Shown here piece by piece: positions 1 through 9,849 of a DNA stretch of 64,000 bases; the first letter of the stretch is position 1, and every line of letters begins with the position of its first letter. A program made the position numbers and the translations under genes. Under the pieces are notes generated by a model. That model did not search any database. It saw nothing but the letters and a program-made list of their open reading frames with translations, and had not been told where the DNA came from. The stretch comes from Auanema rhodensis (taxonomy: Eukaryota; Animalia; Nematoda), in assembly GCA_964057225.1 (NCBI GenBank), contig OZ059900.1, positions 5,022,001-5,086,000 on the forward strand. The letters run 5' to 3'.

Positions 1-190
1 TTTTTTTGGACTGTGAGCCATTCGCATGGCTTAATCCTTGAGGAAAGCTACAGCGCTGACAGATTCAATCAAGTTTAAAAAAAAATTTTTTTTCAATTCA
101 GATGTTGACACTCTTTGAAAATGTGTAATAAATGTTTTGAGAGTATCGTGAAAACAAGTTGGAAAAAAACTTTTTTTTGGACTTGGAAAT
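1..190 (+). repeat. Representative 190-bp monomer (type A: gacactctttgaaaa, one 19-bp module)
   Basis: tttttttgga at 1 and 191, agattcaatc at 61 and 251, and acttggaaat at 181 and 371 all give a period of 190. I count 60 G+C in 190 bp. Confidence 0.97.
16..93. other. Cluster of short dyad symmetries in each monomer (first copy)
   Basis: AGCCAT-tcgc-ATGGCT (16-31), TCCT-tg-AGGA (35-44), AGCT (46-49), CAGCGCTG (51-58), GATT-c-AATC (62-70), TTTAAA (74-79) and A9T8 (77-93). Confidence 0.85.
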
Positions 191-197
191 TTTTTTT
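179..197 (+). repeat. 19-bp variable-copy internal module ggacttggaaatttttttt
   Basis: Present once in standard monomers, absent in short monomers (e.g. 541-562, 2981-3000) and present twice at 3341-3378 and 4069-4106. Confidence 0.93.
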
Positions 198-2129
198 GGA
201 CTGTGAGCCATTCGCATGGCTTAATCCTTGAGGAAAGCTACAGCGCTGACAGATTCAATCAAGTTTAAAAAAAAATTTTTTTTCAATTCAGATGTTGACA
301 CTCTTTGAAAATGTGTAATAAATGTTTTGAGAGTATCGTGAAAACAAGTTGGAAAAAAACTTTTTTTTGGACTTGGAAATTTTTTTTGGACTGTGAGCCA
401 TTCGCATGGCTTAATCCTTTAGGAAAGCTACAGCGCTGACAGATTCAATCAAGTTTAAAAAAAAAATTTTTTTTTCAATTCAGATGTTGAAACTCTTTAA
501 AAATGTGTAATAAGTGTTTTGAGAGTATCGTGAAAACAAGTTGGAAAAAAATTTTTTTTGGACTGTGAGTCATTCGCATGGCTTAATCCTTGAGGAAAGC
601 TACAGCGCTGACAGATTCAATCAAGTTTAAAAAAAAAATTTTTTTTTCAATTCAGATGTTGAAACTCTTTAAAAATGTGTAATAAGTGTTTTGAGAGTAT
701 CGTGAAAACAAGTTGGAAAAAAACTTTTTTTTGGACTTGGCAATTTTGTTTGGACTGTGAGCCATTCGCATGGCTTAATCCTTGAGGAAAGCTACAGCGC
801 TGACAGATTCAATCAAGTTTAAAAAAAAAATTTTTTTTATTTCAGATGTTGACACTCTTTGAAAATGTGTAATAAATGTTTTGAGAGTATCGTGAAAACA
901 AGTTGGAAAAAAACTTTTTTTTGGACTTGGAAATTTTTTTTGGACTGTGAGCCATTCGCATGGCTTAATCCTTGAGGAAAGCTACAGCGCTGACAGATTC
1001 AATCAAGTTTAAAAAAAAAATTTTTTTTAATTCAGATGTTGACACTCTTTGAAAATGTGTAATAAATGTTTTGAGAGTATCGTGAAAACAAGTTGGAAAA
1101 AAACTTTTTTTTGAACTTGGCAATTTTTTTTGGACTGTGAGCCATTCGCATGGCTTAATCCTTGAGGAAAGCTACAGCGCTGACAGATTCAATCAAGTTT
1201 AAAAAAAATTTTTTTTTTCAATTCAGATGTTGACACTCTTTGAAAATGTGTAATAAATGTTTTGAGAGTATCGTGAAAACAAGTTGGAAAAAAACTTTTT
1301 TTTGGACTTGGAAATTTTTTTTGGACTGTGAGCCATTCGCATGGCTTAATCCTTGAGGAAAGCTACAGCGCTGACAGATTCAATCAAGTTTAAAAAAAAA
1401 TTTTTTTTCAATTCAGATGTTGACACTCTTTGAAAATGTGTAATAAATGTTTTGAGAGTATCGTGAAAACAAGTTGGAAAAAAACTTTTTTTTGGACTTG
1501 GAAATTTTTTTTGGACTGTGAGCCATTCGCATGGCTTAATCCTTGAGGAAAGCTACAGCGCTGACAGATTCAATCAAGTTTAAAAAAAAATTTTTTTTCA
1601 ATTCAGATGTTGACACTCTTTGAAAATGTGTAATAAATGTTTTGAGAGTATCGTGAAAACAAGTTGGAAAAAAACTTTTTTTTGGACTTGGAAATTTTTT
1701 TTGGACTGTGAGCCATTCGCATGGCTTAATCCTTGAGGAAAGCTACAGCGCTGACAGATTCAATCAAGTTTAAAAAAAAATTTTTTTTCAATTCAGATGT
1801 TGACACTCTTTGAAAATGTGTAATAAATGTTTTGAGAGTATCGTGAAAACAAGTTGGAAAAAAACTTTTTTTTGGACTTGGAAATTTTTTTTGGACTGTG
1901 AGCCATTCGCATGGCTTAATCCTTGAGGAAAGCTACAGCGCTGACAGATTCAATCAAGTTTAAAAAAAAATTTTTTTTCAATTCAGATGTTGACACTCTT
2001 TGAAAATGTGTAATAAATGTTTTGAGAGTATCGTGAAAACAAGTTGGAAAAAAACTTTTTTTTGGACTTGGAAATTTTTTTTGGACTGTGAGCCATTCGC
2101 ATGGCTTAATCCTTTAGGAAAGCTACAGC

Positions 2130-5100
2130 GCTGACAGATTCAATCAAGTTTAAAAAAAAAATTTTTTTTTCAATTCAGATGTTGAAACTCTTTAAAAATG
2201 TGTAATAAGTGTTTTGAGAGTATCGTGAAAACAAGTTGGAAAAAAATTTTTTTTGGACTGTGAGTCATTCGCATGGCTTAATCCTTGAGGAAAGCTACAG
2301 CGCTGACAGATTCAATCAAGTTTAAAAAAAAAATTTTTTTTTCAATTCAGATGTTGAAACTCTTTAAAAATGTGTAATAAGTGTTTTGAGAGTATCGTGA
2401 AAACAAGTTGGAAAAAAAATTTTTTTTGGACTTGGCAATTTTGTTTGGACTGTGAGCCATTCGCATGGCTTAATCCTTGAGGAAAGCTACAGCGCTGACA
2501 GATTCAATCAAGTTTAAAAAAAAAATTTTTTTTATTTCAGATGTTGACACTCTTTGAAAATGTGTAATAAATGTTTTGAGAGTATCGTGAAAACAAGTTG
2601 GAAAAAAACTTTTTTTTGGACTTGGAAATTTTTTTTGGACTGTGAGCCATTCGCATGGCTTAATCCTTGAGGAAAGCTACAGCGCTGACAGATTCAATCA
2701 AGTTTAAAAAAAAAATTTTTTTTAATTCAGATGTTGACACTCTTTGAAAATGTGTAATAAATGTTTTGAGAGTATCGTGAAAACAAGTTGGAAAAAAACT
2801 TTTTTTTGAACTTGGCAATTTTTTTTGGACTGTGAGCCATTCGCATGGCTTAATCCTTGAGGAAAGCTACAGCGCTGACAGATTCAATCAAGTTTAAAAA
2901 AAAATTTTTTTTCAATTCAGATGTTGACACTCTTTAAAAATGTGTAATAAATGTTTTGAGAGTATCGTGAAAACAAGTTGGAAAAAAATTTTTTTTGGAC
3001 TGTGAGTCATTCGCATGGCTTAATCCTTGAGGAAAGCTACAGCGCTGACAGATTCAATCAAGTTTAAAAAAAAAATTTTTTTTTCAATTCAGATGTTGAA
3101 ACTCTTTAAAAATGTGTAATAAGTGTTTTGAGAGTATCGTGAAAACAAGTTGGAAAAAAATTTTTTTTGGACTGTGAGTCATTCGCATGGCTTAATCCTT
3201 GAGGAAAGCTACAGCGCTGACAGATTCAATCAAGTTTAAAAAAAAATTTTTTTTTCAATTCAGATGTTGAAACTCTTTAAAAATGTGTAATAAATGTTTT
3301 GAGAGTATCGTGAAAACAAGTTGGAAAAAAATTTTTTTTTGGACTTGGAAATTTTTTTTGGACTTGGAAATTTTTTTTGGACTGTGAGTCATTCGCATGG
3401 CTTAATCCTTGAGGAAAGCTACAGCGCTGACAGATTCAATCAAGTTTAAAAAAAAATTTTTTTTTCAATTCAGATGTTGAAACTCTTTGAAAATGTGTAA
3501 TAAATGTTTTGAGAGTATCGTGAAAACAAGTTGGAAAAAAACTTTTTTTTTGGACTGTGAGTCATTCGCATGGCTTAATCCTTGAGGAAAGCTACAGCGC
3601 TGACAGATTCAATCAAGTTTAAAAAAAAAATTTTTTTTTCAATTCAGATGTTGAAACTCTTTAAAAATGTGTAATAAATGTTTTGAGAGTATCGTGAAAA
3701 CAAGTTGGAAAAAAATTTTTTTTTGGACTGTGAGTCATTCGCATGGCTTAATCCTTGAGGAAAGCTACAGCGCTGACAGATTCAATCAAGTTTAAAAAAA
3801 AAATTTTTTTTTCAATTCAGATGTTGAAACTCTTTAAAAATGTGTAATAAGTGTTTTGAGAGTATCGTGAAAACAAGTTGGAAAAAAATTTTTTTTGGAC
3901 TGTGAGTCATTCGCATGGCTTAATCCTTGAGGAAAGCTACAGCGCTGACAGATTCAATCAAGTTTAAAAAAAAATTTTTTTTTCAATTCAGATGTTGAAA
4001 CTCTTTAAAAATGTGTAATAAATGTTTTGAGAGTATCGTGAAAACAAGTTGGAAAAAAATTTTTTTTTGGACTTGGAAATTTTTTTTGGACTTGGAAATT
4101 TTTTTTGGACTGTGAGTCATTCGCATGGCTTAATCCTTGAGGAAAGCTACAGCGCTGACAGATTCAATCAAGTTTAAAAAAAAATTTTTTTTTCAATTCA
4201 GATGTTGAAACTCTTTGAAAATGTGTAATAAATGTTTTGAGAGTATCGTGAAAACAAGTTGGAAAAAAACTTTTTTTTTGGACTGTGAGTCATTCGCATG
4301 GCTTAATCCTTGAGGAAAGCTACAGCGCTGACAGATTCAATCAAGTTTAAAAAAAAAATTTTTTTTTCAATTCAGATGTTGAAACTCTTTAAAAATGTGT
4401 AATAAATGTTTTGAGAGTATCGTGAAAACAAGTTGGAAAAAAATTTTTTTTTGGACTTGGAAATTTTTTTTGGACTGTGAGCCATTCGCATGGCTTAATC
4501 CTTGAGGAAAGCTACAGCGCTGACAGATTCAATCAAGTTTAAAAAAAAATTTTTTTTTCAATTCAGATGTTGAAACTCTTTAAAAATGTGTAATAAATGT
4601 TTTGAGAGTATCGTGAAAACAAGTTGGAAAAAAACTTTTTTTTGGACTTGGAAATTTTTTTTGGACTGTGAGCCATTCGCATGGCTTAATCCTTGAGGAA
4701 AGCTACAGCGCTGACAGATTCAATCAAGTTTAAAAAAAAAATTTTTTTTTCAATTCAGATGTTGAAACTCTTTAAAAATGTGTAATAAGTGTTTTGAGAG
4801 TATCGTGAAAACAAGTTGGAAAAAAATTTTTTTTGGACTGTGAGTCATTCGCATGGCTTAATCCTTGAGGAAAGCTACAGCGCTGACAGATTCAATCAAG
4901 TTTAAAAAAAAAATTTTTTTTTCAATTCAGATGTTGAAACTCTTTAAAAATGTGTAATAAGTGTTTTGAGAGTATCGTGAAAACAAGTTGGAAAAAAAAT
5001 TTTTTTTGGACTTGGCAATTTTGTTTGGACTGTGAGCCATTCGCATGGCTTAATCCTTGAGGAAAGCTACAGCGCTGACAGATTCAATCAAGTTTAAAAA

Positions 5101-8100
5101 AAAAATTTTTTTTATTTCAGATGTTGACACTCTTTGAAAATGTGTAATAAATGTTTTGAGAGTATCGTGAAAACAAGTTGGAAAAAAACTTTTTTTTGGA
5201 CTTGGAAATTTTTTTTGGACTGTGAGCCATTCGCATGGCTTAATCCTTGAGGAAAGCTACAGCGCTGACAGATTCAATCAAGTTTAAAAAAAAAATTTTT
5301 TTTAATTCAGATGTTGACACTCTTTGAAAATGTGTAATAAATGTTTTGAGAGTATCGTGAAAACAAGTTGGAAAAAAACTTTTTTTTGAACTTGGCAATT
5401 TTTTTTGGACTGTGAGCCATTCGCATGGCTTAATCCTTGAGGAAAGCTACAGCGCTGACAGATTCAATCAAGTTTAAAAAAAATTTTTTTTTTTCAATTC
5501 AGATGTTGAAACTCTTTAAAAATGTGTAATAAATGTTTTGAGAGTATCGTGAAAACAAGTTAGAAAAAAATTTTTTTTGGACTGTGAGTCATTCGCATGG
5601 CTTAATCCTTGAGGAAAGCTACAGCGCTGACAGATTCAATCAAGTTTAAAAAAAAATTTTTTTTTTCAATTCAGATGTTGAAACTCTTTAAAAATGTGTA
5701 ATAAGTGTTTTGAGAGTATCGTGAAAACAAGTTGGAAAAAAAATTTTTTTTGGACTTGGCAATTTTGTTTGGACTGTGAGCCATTCGCATGGCTTAATCC
5801 TTGAGGAAAGCTACAGCGCTGACAGATTCAATCAAGTTTAAAAAAAAATTTTTTTTTATTTCAGATGTTGACACTCTTTGAAAATGTGTAATAAATGTTT
5901 TGAGAGTATCGTGAAAACAAGTTGGAAAAAAACTTTTTTTTGGACTTGGAAATTTTTTTTGGACTGTGAGCCATTCGCATGGCTTAATCCTTTAGGAAAG
6001 CTACAGCGCTGACAGATTCAATCAAGTTTAAAAAAAAAATTTTTTTTTCAATTCAGATGTTGAAACTCTTTAAAAATGTGTAATAAGTGTTTTGAGAGTA
6101 TCGTGAAAACAAGTTGGAAAAAAATTTTTTTTGGACTGTGAGTCATTCGCATGGCTTAATCCTTGAGGAAAGCTACAGCGCTGACAGATTCAATCAAGTT
6201 TAAAAAAAAAATTTTTTTTTCAATTCAGTTGTTGACACTCTTTGAAAATGTGTAATAAATGTTTTGAGAGTATCGTGAAAACAAGTTGGAAAAAAACTTT
6301 TTTTTGGACTTGGAAATTTTTTTTGGACTGTGAGCCATTCGCATGGCTTAATCCTTTAGGAAAGCTACAGCGCTGACAGATTCAATCAAGTTTAAAAAAA
6401 AAATTTTTTTTTCAATTCAGATGTTGAAACTCTTTAAAAATGTGTAATAAGTGTTTTGAGAGTATCGTGAAAACAAGTTGGAAAAAAATTTTTTTTGGAC
6501 TGTGAGTCATTCGCATGGCTTAATCCTTGAGGAAAGCTACAGCGCTGACAGATTCAATCAAGTTTAAAAAAAAAATTTTTTTTTCAATTCAGATGTTGAA
6601 ACTCTTTAAAAATGTGTAATAAGTGTTTTGAGAGTATCGTGAAAACAAGTTGGAAAAAAAATTTTTTTTGGACTTGGCAATTTTGTTTGGACTGTGAGCC
6701 ATTCGCATGGCTTAATCCTTGAGGAAAGCTACAGCGCTGACAGATTCAATCAAGTTTAAAAAAAAATTTTTTTTTATTTCAGATGTTGACACTCTTTGAA
6801 AATGTGTAATAAATGTTTTGAGAGTATCGTGAAAACAAGTTGGAAAAAAACTTTTTTTTGGACTGTGAGCCATTCGCATGGCTTAATCCTTGAGGAAAGC
6901 TACAGCGCTGACAGATTCAATCAAGTTTAAAAAAAAAATTTTTTTTTCAATTCAGATGTTGAAACTCTTTAAAAATGTGTAATAAATGTTTTGAGAGTAT
7001 CGTGAAAACAAGTTGGAAAAAAATTTTTTTTTGGACTTGGAAATTTTTTTTGGACTGTGAGCCATTCGCATGGCTTAATCCTTGAGGAAAGCTACAGCGC
7101 TGACAGATTCAATCAAGTTTAAAAAAAAATTTTTTTTTCAATTCAGATGTTGAAACTCTTTAAAAATGTGTAATAAATGTTTTGAGAGTATCGTGAAAAC
7201 AAGTTGGAAAAAAACTTTTTTTTGGACTTGGAAATTTTTTTTGGACTGTGAGCCATTCGCATGGCTTAATCCTTGAGGAAAGCTACAGCGCTGACAGATT
7301 CAATCAAGTTTAAAAAAAAAATTTTTTTTTCAATTCAGATGTTGAAACTCTTTAAAAATGTGTAATAAGTGTTTTGAGAGTATCGTGAAAACAAGTTGGA
7401 AAAAAATTTTTTTTGGACTGTGAGTCATTCGCATGGCTTAATCCTTGAGGAAAGCTACAGCGCTGACAGATTCAATCAAGTTTAAAAAAAAAATTTTTTT
7501 TTCAATTCAGATGTTGAAACTCTTTAAAAATGTGTAATAAGTGTTTTGAGAGTATCGTGAAAACAAGTTGGAAAAAAAATTTTTTTTGGACTTGGCAATT
7601 TTGTTTGGACTGTGAGCCATTCGCATGGCTTAATCCTTGAGGAAAGCTACAGCGCTGACAGATTCAATCAAGTTAAAAAAAAAAATTTTTTTTATTTCAG
7701 ATGTTGACACTCTTTGAAAATGTGTAATAAATGTTTTGAGAGTATCGTGAAAACAAGTTGGAAAAAAACTTTTTTTTGGACTTGGAAATTTTTTTTGGAC
7801 TGTGAGCCATTCGCATGGCTTAATCCTTGAGGAAAGCTACAGCGCTGACAGATTCAATCAAGTTTAAAAAAAAAATTTTTTTTAATTCAGATGTTGACAC
7901 TCTTTGAAAATGTGTAATAAATGTTTTGAGAGTATCGTGAAAACAAGTTGGAAAAAAACTTTTTTTTGAACTTGGCAATTTTTTTTGGACTGTGAGCCAT
8001 TCGCATGGCTTAATCCTTGAGGAAAGCTACAGCGCTGACAGATTCAATCAAGTTTAAAAAAAATTTTTTTTTTTCAATTCAGATGTTGAAACTCTTTAAA

Positions 8101-8530
8101 AATGTGTAATAAATGTTTTGAGAGTATCGTGAAAACAAGTTAGAAAAAAATTTTTTTTGGACTGTGAGTCATTCGCATGGCTTAATCCTTGAGGAAAGCT
8201 ACAGCGCTGACAGATTCAATCAAGTTTAAAAAAAAATTTTTTTTTTCAATTCAGATGTTGAAACTCTTTAAAAATGTGTAATAAGTGTTTTGAGAGTATC
8301 GTGAAAACAAGTTGGAAAAAAAATTTTTTTTGGACTTGGCAATTTTGTTTGGACTGTGAGCCATTCGCATGGCTTAATCCTTGAGGAAAGCTACAGCGCT
8401 GACAGATTCAATCAAGTTTAAAAAAAAATTTTTTTTTATTTCAGATGTTGACACTCTTTGAAAATGTGTAATAAATGTTTTGAGAGTATCGTGAAAACAA
8501 GTTGGAAAAAAACTTTTTTTTGGACTTGGA
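2130..8530 (+). repeat. Higher-order repeat, 14 monomers, 2580-bp period (partly diverged)
   Basis: Blocks starting at 2161, 4741 and 7321 match. 4321-5950 matches 6901-8530 almost exactly, including the rare aagttAgaaaa variant at 5562 and 8142. Confidence 0.85.
2997..4452 (+). repeat. Tandem duplication of a 4-monomer block, 728-bp period, carrying the 210-bp monomer
   Basis: Monomer starts at 2997/3169/3379/3552 recur at 3725/3897/4107/4280, and both copies contain the doubled 19-bp module. Confidence 0.88.
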
Positions 8531-9849
8531 AAATTTTTTTGGACTGTGAGCCATTCGCATGGCTTAATCCTTGAGGAAAGCTACAGCGCTGACAGATTCA
8601 ATCAAGTTTAAAAAAAAATTTTTTTTCAATTCAGTTGTTGACACTCTTTGAAAATGTGTAATAAATGTTTTGAGAGTATCGTGAAAACAAGTTGGAAAAA
8701 AACTTTTTTTTGGACTTGGAAATTTTTTTTGGACTGTGAGCCATTCGCATGGCTTAATCCTTTAGGAAAGCTACAGCGCTGACAGATTCAATCAAGTTTA
8801 AAAAAAAAATTTTTTTTTCAATTCAGATGTTGAAACTCTTTAAAAATGTGTAATAAGTGTTTTGAGAGTATCGTGAAAACAAGTTGGAAAAAAATTTTTT
8901 TTGGACTGTGAGTCATTCGCATGGCTTAATCCTTGAGGAAAGCTACAGCGCTGACAGATTCAATCAAGTTTAAAAAAAAAATTTTTTTTTCAATTCAGAT
9001 GTTGAAACTCTTTAAAAATGTGTAATAAGTGTTTTGAGAGTATCGTGAAAACAAGTTGGAAAAAAACTTTTTTTTGAACTTGGCAATTTTTTTTGGACTG
9101 TGAGCCATTCGCATGGCTTAATCCTTTAGGAAAGCTACAGCGCTGACAGATTCAATCAAGTTTAAAAAAAAATTTTTTTTTATTTCAGATGTTGACACTC
9201 TTTGAAAATGTGTAATAAATGTTTTGAGAGTATCGTGAAAACAAGTTGGAAAAAAACTTTTTTTTGAACTTGGCAATTTTTTTTGGACTGTGAGCCATTC
9301 GCATGGCTTAATCCTTGAGGAAAGCTACAGCGCTGACAGATTCAATCAAGTTTAAAAAAAATTTTTTTTTTTCAATTCAGATGTTGAAACTCTTTAAAAA
9401 TGTGTAATAAATGTTTTGAGAGTATCGTGAAAACAAGTTGGAAAAAAATTTTTTTTGGACTGTGAGTCATTCGCATGGCTTAATCCTTGAGGAAAGCTAC
9501 AGCGCTGACAGATTCAATCAAGTTTAAAAAAAAAAATTTTTTTTTCAATTCAGATGTTGAAACTCTTTAAAAATGTGTAATAAGTGTTTTGAGAGTATCG
9601 TGAAAACAAGTTGGAAAAAAAATTTTTTTTGGACTTGGCAATTTTTTTTGGACTGTGAGCCATTCGCATGGCTTAATCCTTGAGGAAAGCTACAGCGCTG
9701 ACAGATTCAATCAAGTTTAAAAAAAAATTTTTTTTCAATTCAGATGTTGACACTCTTTGAAAATGTGTAATAAATGTTTTGAGAGTATCGTGAAAACAAG
9801 TTGGAAAAAAACTTTTTTTTGGACTTGGAAATTTTTTTTGGACTGTGAG

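Noticed and set aside
20-40. Possible CENP-B box (TTCG present)
   Set aside because: The downstream A and CGGG of the NTTCGNNNNANNCGGGN consensus are absent.
8-93. Tandem small RNA gene cluster (5S, tRNA, snRNA or spliced leader) or intrinsic terminator, suggested by a GC-richer hairpin core followed by T-runs
   Set aside because: I find no recognisable 5S/tRNA/SL sequence, cloverleaf or Pol III A/B boxes, and the T-tract does not directly follow the hairpin. An Rfam/Infernal search would settle it.
77-93. Homopolymer length variation as pure sequencing error
   Set aside because: Specific A/T run lengths are reproduced at fixed offsets in duplicated blocks (e.g. A8T8 at 16562 and 21297), so most are real, although singletons may be errors.
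107-145. Imperfect inverted repeat actct...agagt as MITE terminal repeats
   Set aside because: The match is short and imperfect, with no target-site duplication or element boundaries, so a transposon origin cannot be supported from this window.
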